A stretch of 64,000 nucleotides of DNA from the human T2T-CHM13v2.0 reference genome, Homo sapiens, in NCBI RefSeq assembly GCF_009914755.1, contig NC_060935.1. The stretch is one strand, 5' to 3'. Below the pieces are notes generated by a model, which ran no database searches, was not told the origin of the DNA, and worked only from the letters and a program-made list of their open reading frames with translations. The position numbers and the translations under genes are program-made. How positions within the stretch are numbered: position 1 is the stretch's first letter; each line of letters begins with the position of its first letter. Of this stretch, positions 22,921 to 37,017 are shown piece after piece.

Positions 22921-23304
22921 GTAATACACCCCTATGAAATATAAAGTAGGTTGAGCTGGAAGAAGACTGGAGGCGGGGGTAACAGGTAGTAGGAGGAAAT
23001 GATCATAGGAGTCCAAGGCCAGGTGGGGTGATGAATCCAATTGCCTTTTTTGACTCACAAAATAGCCTCCAGAATAGACTTTCTGCCTTTGGGCTAATAT
23101 TTACCAACCATTTCCCATGTTCAAATATGTACTTGAGGGTTCTGACACTCCTTTCAGTTACAATGTTTTACTAAGGCAGGGATTCTAGGGCTGGTTGGTA
23201 AATGCGTGCAGTTTGTAAGAAGCTTCAATTGTACATTTGAAATGGATGAATTATATTATATGTAAAATATGCATCCCATAGAGTTCTATTTTAAAAGGTC
23301 AATA

Positions 23305-24350
23305 AAGATTTCTGTTTCTACATAAACTGTAATAAACTTCAAAAACACTGCTTCCACCCTAACAATGAGAAAAAAAATCCAGGTAATATACAAAAGTGTA
23401 ACTTTCTCAAATACATCATAAAGCTCAAGTAGCAAGAAGACCAAATGGCCGGAATTCTAAAGAGGAACAAGCCCTTTCAGGGAGAGATAAAATACACAAA
23501 CGATTTCATCTTTGGTAGAGCACAGGAAAAAGAGGAGAGAGCATATAAAAAGGAAAGAAGAATCCTGCAAGAATAAAAATGAATTGTTAAACGCCAAATG
23601 TGAGCTAGTGTGCTAATTTGGAATAGCTGGGATCACCAGAAAAGAGGATGTCACAATCACCCATGAGCTCTTCCCTATGATCCTCCACTGCTATTTATGA
23701 GAAAGACTCAGAGAAGACCAGGAGATTGAGAGGGTACTCCTATTTGGTGCAGGCATGAAGGAAGTAATTGGCAGCAGCTAGGGGATGGGCATAAAGCCCT
23801 GGCCTTAAGCAACAGCCTTACATCAATGGAGGAAGGGCAGGTACTGTTCTCCTTCCCCAGGAAGTGAGAAAAAATCTACACTGCAAAGGGAGGAGGTGGA
23901 AGAATAAGACCTCTATCCCTAGGGAAGGGGCAGGAAGCTGTCTTGGACCCAGGATATATGCTGATATCAAGCAGAAATCTGCTACCATCATAAGTAGGGC
24001 AGGCAACTCCCACCCAAGACCAACCATGGATACAAGGCAGAGTGCGGTTGCCACAAGAAGGAGGAGCAAGAACTCTGGAAAGGCTCTCTCTAAGTTCCAG
24101 GTACTTGCCAAAGACAAAGGCTGGACCCGGAAAACAGAGTCTCACTGCTGCCCTACCCCAAGAAACAACAGTAAAAACGGCAAGCTGCAGCTGGTGGAGG
24201 GGCAGCCTGGTAATACTGGCTAACAGAGATGGCTGAGAGCACATCAGGAAGCAGGAACACTGAGGAAAAACCCTCTTGCAACTCAGCCCCCACCCTAAGC
24301 ACAAGGCAACAAAGAATTTGAAGTCTGTGGTACATTGAAGGTAATAATAT
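23305..24350 (+). mobile_element. Ancient L1M 5' region remnant
   Basis: Shares degenerate motifs with 31370-32400, which leads into L1 ORF1/ORF2. Confidence 0.5.
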
Positions 24351-24411
24351 AATAGCTAGCATAATGTATAATAATATATATACAATATTACATATATTAT
24401 ATATAATAGAA

Positions 24412-25188
24412 TGTGTCCAGATTTGGTTCCTTCCAGTGGGTTCTTGGTCTCGCTTACTTCAAGAATGAAGCCGTGGACCCTCGCGGTTGAGTGTTACAGT
24501 TCTTAAAGATGGTGTGTCTGGGGTTTCTTCCTTCAGATGTTCAGATGTGTCCGGAGTTTCTTCCTTGCGGTGGGTTCGTGGTCTCGCTGACTTTAGGAGT
24601 GAAGCCGCAGACCTTGTTACAGCTCGTTAAGGTGGCACGTCCGGAGTTGTTTGTTCCTCCTGGTGGGTTCGTGGTCTCGTGGTCTCGCTGGCTTCAGGAG
24701 TGAAGCTGCAAACGTTTGCGGTGAGTGTTACAGCTCATAAAGGTAGTGTGGACCCAAAGAGTAAGCAGCAGCAAGATTTATTGCAAAGAGCAAAAGAACA
24801 AACCTGCCACAGCATGGAAGAGAATCCGAAAAGATTGCCACTGCTGGCTTTGCTGGCCAGCCTTTATTCCCTTATTTGGCTCTGCCCACATCCTACTGAT
24901 TGGTCCATTTTACAGAGCACTGATTGGCCCATTTTACAGACTTCTGATTGGTCCGTTTTACAGAGAGCTGATTGGTCTGTTTTTACAGAGTGTTGATTGG
25001 TGTGTTTGCAAACCTTTAGTTACACACAGAGCGCTGATTGGTGTGTTTTTACAGAGTGCTGATTGGTGTGTTTACAAACCTTTAGCTAGACACAGAGTGC
25101 TGATTGGTGCATTTACAATCCTTTAGCTAGACAGAAAAGTTCTCCAAGTCCCCACCCGACCCAGAAGCCCAGCTGGCTTCACCTCTCA
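24412..25188 (-). mobile_element. Solo LTR12 (ERV9)
   Basis: The minus strand begins TGAGAGGTGAAGCCAGCTGGGCTTCTGGGTCGGGTGGGGACTTGGAGAAC, has tandem CCAAT units and U5 repeats, and ends ..GGACACA. Confidence 0.95.
24861..25107 (-). promoter_or_regulatory. LTR12 U3 promoter: 8 CCAAT (NF-Y) boxes and a TATA-like AATAAAGG
   Basis: ATTGG at 24899, 24923, 24947, 24971, 24996, 25037, 25062 and 25103; CCTTTATT at 24861-24868. Confidence 0.7.
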
Positions 25189-25779
25189 ATAATAGCAAAA
25201 CAGAAACCATAAACAAAACAAAGAAACAAACCAAATTATTAGGGTGCTGTTAGGTTCACAGTGGCACTCCAGCTTGCTGCATCCCAGGTTGAAGTGGAAC
25301 TTGAAACTCAATTGGAACTCCAAAGCATTTGTTACCCAACTGATAAAGCTATTTACTTTTTCTAAAACCTACACCAATACTTAAATTTTTTTTTAATCTA
25401 CTGCCTAGAGTGTTTCACACACTGGCCAATGCACTCTAGTAAGATTCAGGATGGGTGAGAGATAAGCAGGGAGAGAAGGGTCATACTGAGAGGGGCTCTG
25501 AGACCTCAGTTGAGTTAGCAGGTGAATTTGGTGCATGAAAAAGTATTTATGGACATTGAGCATCTGGAAGGGGAAATGATGCCCTTAAGGCATCCTGTTC
25601 CTTCCTACCCCTTTGGAAAGGCTTCAGAGCACCAGAGCCAAAGCTCCCTGTGCCTAAGCTTGAAACTCCCTAGACTGCGATTTGTACAGTCAAAAATTCA
25701 GTGTCCAGAGTGAGATTCCAACACTTTCAGGATTTGAGATTTTGGGCAGATGTGTTAAGCTTTTAGGGTCACACAATTC

Positions 25780-25905
25780 TCTACTATATAATGAGGATTA
25801 TGATGGAATTCATCTCTAAGGGCTGTTTTGAGGATTAAAAGAGATGGTCCATGTAAAATGCTTAACACAGTGAGTGTTGCTCGACATATGTTAACTGTTA
25901 TTGTC
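25780..25905 (+). mobile_element. MIR fragment
   Basis: 'gggctgttttgaggattaaaagagat..atgtaaaatgcttaacacag'. Confidence 0.7.
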
Positions 25906-26828
25906 ATAATTGTCATCAGGAGGTAATAAAGTCTTGAAATCATTCTTGAAGTTAGAATTAAGAAGAGGTAATTGAAGCAAAGAATATTGTAGAGAACCTG
26001 ACTTGCTGAATGAACATGAAGAGTGATAGAGCACAGTCAAGAATGGCTCTGTGTTTTGAGACTCTGGGGTTGGCAGAATAGTGGCATCTATGGCACACTG
26101 GAATGCCTGTGTCTAGTTTATAAAAGGCAGCGCATTCAGCTAGAGCATTTTCCATTTGGTACTGCAAGCCCAGTGGTGCCAATCACTTTTTCAAGTGAAG
26201 CCAGAAATCCAGATGACTATGTAAAATCTGAAGTTTTAGTATTCTTAAAAATCTGGAGCAAACAAAAGATGACTGTGAGAAGCAAATTTGCAACCTCTGT
26301 GTAAAATCTGGGGGGTTCTGCTGATGTAGAACTCATCATTATATATTCCATTGAGCCTTGTGCCTTTTTACTCATTGAATGTATAAATTTTCAAAACAAG
26401 GGTTTTCTAAGAAGCATAAATAACAATACTGACTTGTTTTATAAGTTTCAAAGTTATAAAAGTATCTGGAGAAAGGGTTTTTAAAACAAAACATTTATTA
26501 TTCTAGATTTAACAGTGTAGGACTGGAGGTGCAAAAGGCAATGTAAGCAAACATTATAAAAATGTTCTATAAGGGCTGAGCCCCAGACAATATTGTTCAA
26601 GAAAGCAGCAGCCATCTCAGTCTGTTCTTGGTACTTTTATTGTCCCTATAAGCTCAACGGTTTTGTTGTATAGACAATAAACCATCTGTTTTTTTTCTCC
26701 CTTGCTCATGTGACTCTACATTTCTTTCTGCCTCCAGAAGGCAGCTTTGAAAATATTTAACCCTTGGGTGCTTGTACTCCGTATTTCATTACCTTTTCTT
26801 GTTAGGACTACCCTTGTCCTGCTTTCCC

Positions 26829-27121
26829 TTTTTTTTTTTTTTTTTTTTAGACAGAGTCTTGCTCTGTCGCCCAGGCAGTGGCACGATCTCGGCTCACTGC
26901 AAGCTTCAACTTCTGGGTTCATGCCATTCTCCTGCCTTAGCCTCCCGAGTAGCTGGGACTACAGGCGCCCACCACTATGCCTGGCTAATTTTTTTGTATT
27001 TTTAGTAGAGACAGGGTTTCACTGTGTTAGCCAGGATGGTCTTGATCTCCTGACCTCGTGATCTGCCCATCTCGGCCTCCCAAAGTGCTGGGATTACAGG
27101 CGTGAGCCACCGCGCCTGGCC
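26829..27121 (-). mobile_element. AluY with a small internal deletion
   Basis: Y diagnostics 'ctgcaagct', 'gccattct', 'gttagccaggatgg'; TSD TGTCCTGCTTTC. Confidence 0.93.
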
Positions 27122-27635
27122 TGTCCTGCTTTCTTTTCTACCTACCTCTAGAAAGCTCAAGATTCCAGCTTTCCTAAGCAAGGAGCAGCAATCTACATTT
27201 GTAAACTAGAGAGGAAGTTCCCATGATGTCTTGAAACATGAGTTCCAGTTAGCCAGGAGAAGGAGGCATACTTGGAAGGAAGGCATACCCGGCAGAGGGA
27301 AAAACATGCAAAGCATGAACGTAGGAAAATCAAGTTATGTTTGGTAATGACAATGATACAAAGTGGTGAAGGTATGTACAAAGAAGCAGGAGATGAAGTT
27401 GGAAAGTAGACCCCACAGTGGCTTTCAGGATCCAATCTACAACCCTCAGCCTGGCATTGAAGTCTCTTTATCACTGAGCATTTCCAGAGTGAGATGCCTG
27501 CCTTCCACCCAGAGAAAAACACATCCAAAGCCCCTCAGGAGCTTTGAATGAAACAGAGCTGTGTTAAATACATGCTCTGCCACATTCAAGCTACCGGATC
27601 TCAGGAAAGTTGTTTAAAATCTTTGGATCCCAACT

Positions 27636-29796
27636 ATTTTTTTTTTATTTCTTCTAAAAAAAAAATGGGATACACATGCAGAATGTGCAGGTTTGTTACA
27701 TAGGTATATGTGTGCCATGGTGGTTTGCTGCACCTATTGACCCATCTTCTATGTGCCCTCCCCTCACCACCCCAACCCCCAACAGGCTCTGGTGTGTGTT
27801 GTTCCCCTCTCCATGTCCATGTGTTCTCAATGTTCAACTCCCACTTATGAGTGAGAACATTCGGTGTTTGGCCCTCTGTTCCTGTGTTAGTTTGCTGAGG
27901 ATGATGGCTTCCAGCTTCATCTATGTCCCTGAAAAAGACATCTCGTTCCTTTTTTATGGATGCATAGTATTCCATGGTGTATATATACCATATTTTCTTT
28001 ATCCAATCTATCACTGATGGACATTTGACTTGGTTCCGTGTCGTTGCTATTGTAAATAGTGCTGCAATAAATATATGTGTGCATGTGTCTTTATAGTAGA
28101 ATGATTTATTTTCCTTTGGATATATACCCAGTAATGGGATTGCTGGGTCAAATGGTATTTCTGGTTCTAGATCCTTGAGGAATCGCTATACTGTCTTCCA
28201 CAATGATTGAACTAATCTATATTCCCACCAACAGTGTAAAAGCATTCCTATTTCTCTACAGCCTTGCCAGCACCTATTGTTTCCTGACTTTTTAATAATC
28301 ACCATTCTGACTGGTGTGAGATAGTATCTCATTGTGGTTTTGATTTGCATTTCTCTAATGACCAGTGATAATGAGCTTTTTTTTCTTCATATGTTTGTTT
28401 GCCACGTAAATATCTTCTTTCGAGAGTCTGTTCATATCCTTTGCCTATTTTTTGATAGGATTGTTTGTTTTTTCTTGTAAATATGTTTAAGTTCCTTGTA
28501 AATGCTGGATATTAAACCTTTGTCAGATGGGTAGATTGCAAAAATTGTCTCCCATTCTGTAGGTTGCTTGTTCACTCTGATGATAGTTTCTTTTGCTGTG
28601 CAAAAACTCTTTAGTTTAATTAGATCCCATTTGTCAATTTTCACTTTTTTTGCCATTGCTTTTGGTGTTTTAGTCATGAAGTCTTGGATCATGCCTGTGT
28701 CTTGAAGGGTATTGCCTAGGTTTTCTTCTAGGGTTTTTATGGTTTGAGGTTTTACATTTAAGTCTTTAATCCATCTTGAGTGAATTTTTGTATAAGGTGT
28801 AAGGAAAGGGTCCAGTTTCAGTTTTCTGCATATGGCTAGCCAGTTTTCCCAGCACCATTTACTGAATAGGAGATCCTTTCCCCATTGCTTGTTTTTGTCA
28901 GGTTTGAGGAAGATCAGATGGTTGTAGATGTGTGGTATTATTTCTGAGGCCTCTGTTCTGCTCCATTGGTCTATATATCTGTTTTGGTAGCAGTACCATG
29001 CTGTTTTGGTTACTATAGCCTTGTAAAATTCAACATCTCTTCATGTCAAGAAAAACCTCTCAACAAACTAGGTATTGATGGAACACATCTCAAAATCATA
29101 AGAGCGATTTATGACAAACCCACAGCCAATACTGAATGGGCAAAAGCTGTAAGCATTCCCTTCAAGGATGCCCTCTCTCATCACTTCTATTCTACATAGT
29201 TTTGGAACTTCTGGCTAGGGCAATCAGGCAAGAGAAAGAAATAAAGCGTATTCACATAGGAAGAGAGGAAGTCAAATTGTCTCTCTTTGCAGATGACATG
29301 ATCTTATATTTAGAAAACCCCATCATCTCAGCCCCAAAACTTCTTGAACTGATAAGCAACTTCAGCAAAGTCTCAGGATACAAAAATCAATGTATAAAAA
29401 TCATAAGTATTCCTTTTCACCAACAAAAGGCAAGCAGAGAGCCAAATCATGAATGAACTCCTATTCACAATTACTACAAAGAGAATAAAATACCTAGGAA
29501 TACAGTTAACAAGGGATGCAAAGGACCTCTTCAAGGAGAACTACAAGCCACTACTCAAGGAAATAAGGGAGGATACAAACAAATGGAAAAGCATTCAATT
29601 CTCATGGATAGGAAGAATCAATATCGTGAAAATGACCATACTGCCCAAAGTAATTTATAGATTCAGTGCTATTCCCATCAAACTACCATTGACATTCTTC
29701 ACAGAATTAGAAAAAACTATTTTGAATTTCGTATGGAATCAAAGAAGACCCTCTATAGCCAAGACAATTCTAAAAGCTGGAGGAATCATGCTCCCT
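27636..29796 (-). mobile_element. L1PA8/PA10-like element with a 5' inversion (minus 27636-29025, plus 29026-29796), inserted in a MIR
   Basis: Strand switch at 29025/29026; TSD GATCCCAA.T.TTT on both flanks; MIR sequence continues across the element. Confidence 0.9.
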
Positions 29797-29903
29797 AGAT
29801 CCCAAGTTTTTCATCTCTAAAATGGGTATCAAATATGTTGCCTCAAAGAGATGTTGTGATAAGTTAATTGCATGAAAAATATTTATAATATACTTAATAC
29901 AGT

Positions 29904-30008
29904 ACTGATAAACAACTTCAGCAAAGTCTCAAGACCCAAAATCAATGGGCAAAAATCACAAGCACTCCTTTACACCAAAAATAGGCAAGCAGAGAGCCAA
30001 ATCATGAA
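29904..30008 (+). mobile_element. ~105-bp internal L1 ORF2 fragment between 43-bp direct repeats
   Basis: Homologous to 29348-29453; the flanks 29864-29906 and 30010-30052 match at 40/43 positions. Confidence 0.85.
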
Positions 30009-30120
30009 ATTAATTATATGAAAAATATTTGTAATATACTTAATACAGTACTTGATATTTATTATAAAATACCCTTAAAATAGTAACTAGTAGTAGTAGT
30101 GTTTAAAAATATCAAATTAC

Positions 30121-30446
<326 letters not shown>

Positions 30447-30555
30447 TTACACAATTTTTCAGATGCTAGGACCTCCACATGGAATTCCCCTGATGCCTTC
30501 TCTGTCTTTCCTACCTCTATCTCTGATTGCAGTTGATGGTTCTCTGTTTTTAGCA

Positions 30556-31055
30556 CAGAGGTTCTTAGCCAGGGGTCCCCTTGGGAGATCTCGATATAGA
30601 ATTTAGAGGAGTCTGTGAACTTAGGTGGGAAAAAGATTACATCTTTATTTTTCACTAACATCTAACTGAAGTTCAGCATTTTCTCTAATTTGAATGTAGG
30701 CAATAAAGCTCAGCAGTATTAGTGATATCCAAGATTTTTAACAATGGAAATCACAGTATTTCATATCATGCTACAATTTTTGCAGGTATCACAAAGTGCC
30801 ACTTACTCTTACCACTACTTTGAAATTATAGCAATTAGGCCCACACTAGATATTGCTATTTAATGTCGTATAATAGGAAGGATGTATATTTATATATCAT
30901 AATAAAAATACTTAGGAAACTGTAATTTAATATGATTGGTTTTCTTTATAATTTTTATATTTGAATTCATGCATTTAAAAACACTGTTTTGAGAAATAGT
31001 CCATAGATCATAAAAGGCTTCCTTGTACAAAGAAAAAAAGATATAAGAACCCCTG
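30556..31055. mobile_element. hAT-Charlie MITE (MER113-like)
   Basis: TIRs CAGAGGTTCTTA / TAAGAACCCCTG; 8-bp TSD TTTTAGCA/ATTTAGCA. Confidence 0.8.
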
Positions 31056-31359
31056 ATTTAGCACTTACCATTATATTTTTCATTAATTTAGTTAAATATA
31101 CTCTTTTCACTTACAAATCAGCTTCCAGCCCCAATTTTACAGACTGAGCAAAATCTCTCATAGTTTCATTTAACACCATCATCTTCTCAATCAAAGACGA
31201 ATAGAATACAGTTATTTAGCATTAGTCATAGACTATTAATGCCAAATCAGTTAGTTTATTGAACCAACTAACTTATTGCTTTCTTTAAGTTAGAATTATA
31301 TTTCCTGGTCTAAGGACCTTGTCTTCCTAACATAATTTTGTTCCCTTTAAAATAAACCC

Positions 31360-34300
31360 TGGAGGACTTAGCTGCAAGAGGCATCATCAATCCCGTCATA
31401 AAAAAGAAAAATCCGGATAATCTGCAAAATAACTTTCATTTAACTTATTAGAAATTGAGGTCACAGGCCAACCATCTAGCTTAAAATCTAATGAAAGGCA
31501 GAGCAGAAAGAACACAAATACTGACTCACTTTTGAAAAGGGAGCAGGGGAAGAGGATGAACTGCCATATAAACAGGTAAGAAGAATTTGGCTAAATTTTA
31601 AAAATGAATTTCTAAAGGCTGAATGTGGGCTAGTATGAGAGTATAGAATTTCCGGGAGCACAGACGTAAAGAGACTTTGCACATAAAGGGAATTTGTTCC
31701 TACCTAGTACCTCTTTGTTTTGGACCTCCACTGGGCACTCATGAGAAAGATGGGTCAGGGCAGGAGACCAGACCTCACTAATGCAGGCCTGGAGGGGGAG
31801 GGTAGCTGCCTCAAAGGGAAAGACATAAAGCTCCCTCATGCCCTTCTTCTAAGAACACTAAAGTGTTATGCTACTGGCAGAAGGGCAGCAAACTCTGTGA
31901 CTTCAAGACACATATGAAGATCCCTGTGGTTGGGAAAATGGAAAAATAATAAACTGTGAACTTCTTGAGGAAGGGCAGAAAACCGTCCTGGGGAGAGACA
32001 GGAAACTGTCCTGGGCCCAGACCATTAGAGATTTTCTAATGCTGTGGAGAAGAGGACAGGATGACTGAGAAGGCCTTTCCCTAACCCTACAAAATAACAT
32101 GAACAGAAGACCTACCTAGGATTGAGGCTGATCACCAACAAAAGAGAATCTCACTCGTTCTCCCAGTAGGCTAGGCAGCACCAGGTAGAAAGCAACAGCA
32201 ATCTACCATGGAAGAAGGGACAAGGGCATGAAGAGAGGCTCTTTCTGGGACATTGACACACAAGGAAGGACAAAGCTAAGGGTGAAATAGGAACACTGAG
32301 AAAAACCCTTTGTCAAAACAATACTCACCTTAAGCACCAAGTAACCAGAAAAATTTGCAACAGAAACCTCAAACACAGCTGGACTGACTAGATTGAGTCA
32401 ATGCTCCTCCCTACCTCATGGCTCAGGAGAAGATGTGTACCCATTTCTTTGCATGAATATTGTTTATGTTAGTCTATACTGTTTTAAACATTATACCTTT
32501 CAATAATAAACAAAGTATGAGATGTACAGAAAAGGAAGAAAAATAATCCATAGTAAAGAGCAAGGCAATCAATAGACTCAGAGATGACCAAATGTTGGTA
32601 TTATCAGACAGAAACAGTCATCAAGATGAAGTATCGTTTTGATGGCCTTATCAGTAGAGTTGACAAGCATGAGGAAAGAATCAGTGAATGTGAGGATAGG
32701 TCAATGAAAATTATTCTGTTAAACAAAAAAAGAGAAAAAAAGAGTGAAGAAAAAAAAAACAGTACAGATTACCCTAGAGATGTGAAATAATATCAAGTGG
32801 TCTAACAAAAAAAGTTTGGAAAACCCCCAAATATTTTGAAATGAAACAACATACTTCTACATAACTCAAGGGACAAATAAGAAGTCACAAGAATACTAGA
32901 AAATATTTTTAATGAAATGAATATGAAAATAATATATCAAAATATGGGGATGCAGGTAAAGCAGTGTTTGAGGGATAAGTTGTAACATTAAATACATGTA
33001 TTAGAAAAGAACAAAGGTCTAAAATCAATAAACTAATCTTTCATGTTAAGAAACTGGAAAAAGAAAAACAAATTAAACCCAAAGTAAGCAGAGGAAAACA
33101 ATAATGTAGATAAGAGCAAGTAATCAATGAAATTAAAAACAGAAACAAAATAAAGTAAATCAACGAAACAAAGCTAATTCTTTGTAAAGATCAATGTTAC
33201 TGCTCAGGATGACTAAAAAGAGAGAAGGCACAAAGTGTCAGAAATGACAGAGGGAATATTATTACAGATATAACAGACATTAGACTGATAAGGGAATACT
33301 AAAGAATCATATCTATAAATTCTACAACTCAAAGGAAATGAGAAAACTCCTTGAAAGACACAAACTACCAACATTCACTTAAGAAAAATAGATAACCTGA
33401 AAATTCTATAGCTTTGGGAGAAACTACATTCCTAATGAAAAATCTGCATCAGGATTTTTCATAATTCCTAATGAAAAATCAGGCCTAAATGGTTTTATTT
33501 GCAAATTTGACCAAATATAAGGAATCAATACTAACAATTCTACTGATTTTTTTCAGAAAATAGAAGCACTTTGCAATTCATTTTATGAGAAAAAGAGATT
33601 CCAAAACCCTAATTTCAAAACTAGAATTAACATAGAGGCAAACATCCTCAACAAAGTATTAGCAAATTAAATTTAGCAATTTATATGATGGATAATATAT
33701 CCTGACAAAGTGAGGCTTATCTTGGTAATAAAAGCCTTGTTCATCATTTGAAGATCAATCAATCAAAGTAATCACCATATCATTAGGCTAAAGAAGAAAA
33801 ACCCTATGATAATCTCAGTATAAACAGGAAAATTATTTAACATAATTCAGCATTCTTCATAATGAAAAGTTATGGTAAACTAAAAATGGAAAGGAGTTTT
33901 CTTAACTCGATAAAGGCATTTAGGAAAATCTGTATTGATATCATGTTCAATGGTGAAAGACTGAATGCTTTGCCCCAAGATAAGGAAAAAAATCAATAAT
34001 GTTCAATCTTGCTGTTCTTATTCAGCATTATACTGGAGGTGTTAGAAAGAAATAAAATAAAAGGCATACCATTTGGATAAAGGAAAATACAACTACATAT
34101 TTTCACAGCCAATATGATTATCTAAATAGAAAATTCCAAAGAATCTACATAAAATCTACCAGAACTATTTAGTGTCAGCAAGATTATAAGGTTCAACGTT
34201 AATATAAAGTTTTTTTTAGGCCTGCCCCTTAATATAAAGTTTTATTGTTATTCTGTCAATCATCAGTTTAAAATTAAAATTAATAACACAGCATGATTAA

Positions 34301-35245
34301 GAATGGCACGGAAAACATGAAATACTTATGTGTAAATCTAATGAAATACACAAGATCTATATACTGCAAACCATAAACCATGATGAAAGAAATCAAAGAA
34401 GACATAAATAAATGGGCTCTGTTTGTGGATGGGCAGGTTCAATATGATTAGGATATTAGTTCTCCCAAAATTGATCTATAGATTCAATAAAATTCAAATC
34501 AAAATCCAGTAGGGTACTTTTTATTTAAATCAACAACTTGATTTTAAAATTTATGTTGAAAGGTAAGGGAAATAGAATAATCAATCGGTTTTGTAAAAGA
34601 AGAGCACTATTGGAGGACTCTGCAAAGGTTCTTGAGTCTGGTCCAGTGAGACAGAACACTTGTACCACAAGTCAGGCAAAGCAACTTTATTACTCAGATA
34701 GGCAACAAAGGTAAACAGAATCCTAGGATCCATGGTGAGCCAGCCTCTAAGGTTCAGGAACGCTGCCTGTTTTGTCTGCACTGTCATCATATTGCAACTG
34801 ATGGACTTCAAAAGTACTCTCCTCTGAGTTTTATATCATGGGTACCATTTGGGTTGCTAAGTACAAGCATTGTAGAACATCCCATTCTGGATAGAACAAG
34901 GACAAAACCTTGATTGTTACAGACATTTCCTCTTTATCTCAGGATTTTGCATTATCTGTATATTCTTCCCAAGAAACGCAAGCAAGAGGGAGAAGAACTG
35001 CATTGGCCAAGGCCACTGGTGACTTGTCCTTTTACAAACACATAGTAGTTCAATTCAAAACTTGCTACGAAGCTATAGTAATTAAGACAGTATGGTGTCA
35101 GTGAAAAGATAGACACAGAGGTTGACAGAAAAAAAATTAAGATTCTCTGTATATACCCACATGTATATGGTCAATGGGTTTTTGATGAAGGTGCAAAGGC
35201 AATTCAATGAAGAAATTTTGTCTTTTCAAGAAATTATCCTGGTAA
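31360..35245 (+). mobile_element. Ancient L1M (5' region, ORF1 remnant, ORF2), interrupted by an LTR
   Basis: ORF1-like FDGLISRVDKHEERISECEDRS (32584-32790); ORF2-like DNA from 32820 to 35240. Confidence 0.75.
34621..35036 (-). mobile_element. LTR, probably ERVL class, family unassigned
   Basis: TG...CA ends, AATAAA on the minus strand near 34686-34691, interrupts L1 ORF2 after 'ttggaggactc'. Confidence 0.5.
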
Positions 35246-35257
35246 AAGGACCTGTAG

Positions 35258-36572
35258 GAGGTGGGGTAAGATGGCAGAATAGAAGGCTCCACCAATCACC
35301 ACCCTCTCCACCTACCCCCCGCAAGGACACCAATTTAACAACTATCGACACAAAAGAAGCACTTTTATAAGAACCAAAAATCAGTACCTCATTTTAACTC
35401 CATATCACTGAAAGAGGCACTGAAGAAGTAGGAAAAAGCAATCTTGAATTGCCAACACAACCCCACCATCAACCCCCAGCATTGGTGACATAGTGTGGAG
35501 AGTGTTTCTGTGCACTGGGGAGAGAGAGAGAGTGCACAGGAACTGTGAGGCCTTGAACTCAGTGCTGCCCTGTTATAGCAGACAGCAAAACTGGACCAAA
35601 CTCAGCTGATGCCCACCCACAGATAGAGCATTTAAACCAGCCCTAGCCAGAGGGGAATTACCCATCCGGGTTGTTGGAACTTGAGTTCCCACAAGCCTCA
35701 CTGCTGCAGGCTAAAGTGCTATAGGACTCTAACTAAACTTGAAAGACAGTCTAGGCCACAAGGACTGCAACTTTTAGATGAGCTGCTACTAGTGCTGAAC
35801 TTGGCCCAGAGTCAGTGGACTGGGGAGCACACAACTTTCTGAGACACCAGCTGCGGTGGCTAAGGGAGTGCTGGCATCACCCCTCCCCTAATTCCAGGCT
35901 GCACAGCTCACAGCTCCAAAAGAAACCCCTTCCTTTGCTTGAGGGGAGGAGAGGGAAGAGTGGTGAGGACTTTGTCTTCCATTTAGGATACCAGCTCAGT
36001 CACAGCAGGATAGGGTATGGGTCAGAGTTGTGAGGCTGCCGTTCCAGGCCCTAGCTCCCGAGTGACATTTCTGGATGCATCTTGGGTCAGAAGGGAACCT
36101 GCTGCCTCGAAGGAAAGGACCCAGTCCTGGCAACAGTTATCACCTGCTATCTGCAGAGCACTTGCGCCTTGAATAACCGGCAGCAATACCCAGGTACTAT
36201 ATTGAGGGCCTTGGGTGAGCCTATGAGGCTTGCTCTCTATAAGTACCAGCTCAGCCACAATGGAGGAAAGCAACAAGCAGCCTCTTGAGGTCCCTGATTC
36301 CAGCACTTGTCTCTTATACGGCATTTCTGGTCCTGCTCTGCACCAGACAGGAGCCCATTGCACTGAAGGGTCAGTACCAGGCCAGGCATCATTCACCAAA
36401 GGCTGACTGAAGAGCCCTTGGGCCTTAAGGGAACATTGGTGGTAGTCTGGCAGTACTCCCTGTGGGCCTATGACAGCAGCCACAGGTTGAAGTGCCTCTT
36501 TGGAAAGGGGAAGGGAAAAGAGGGGAGGACTGTGTCTTGTGGTTTCAGTGCCAACTCAGCCGCAGTACAGTA
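35258..36572 (+). mobile_element. L1PB/L1MA-era 5'UTR fragment
   Basis: 'aagatggcagaatagaaggctccacc..gcaaggacaccaatttaacaactatc' and internal repeated 'ccagctcagccaca' blocks. Confidence 0.7.
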
Positions 36573-36847
36573 GAACCATTAATATCCATTGTAGCCTCAA
36601 TGCTCTGCCTAGGCTGCTCTTGTAGCCTGCCAATGTCTGGATTGGTGGGCCCTCTTCCTGTTCAAGAGTTAGGACTAAATGGTTGCAGGTAACAAAAAAC
36701 GGGTGTGGGTTTATGTAAAATAAAATGGGGGTTGTCTTAGAAGGACATGGTGGTGTCTAATGGAAGCCAAGAGCATGAGTGTCCCACCCTTCAGTAGGGG
36801 TGTAAACTGGGAGCTGTAAGGTCACCAGGCCCCTTCACCATCTCCTG

Positions 36848-36876
36848 TCTATCTCTATCTATCATCTCTATCTATC

Positions 36877-36931
<55 letters not shown>

Positions 36932-36971
36932 ATCTATCCATCTATCATCTATTTATCTATCATCTATCTAT

Positions 36972-37017
<46 letters not shown>

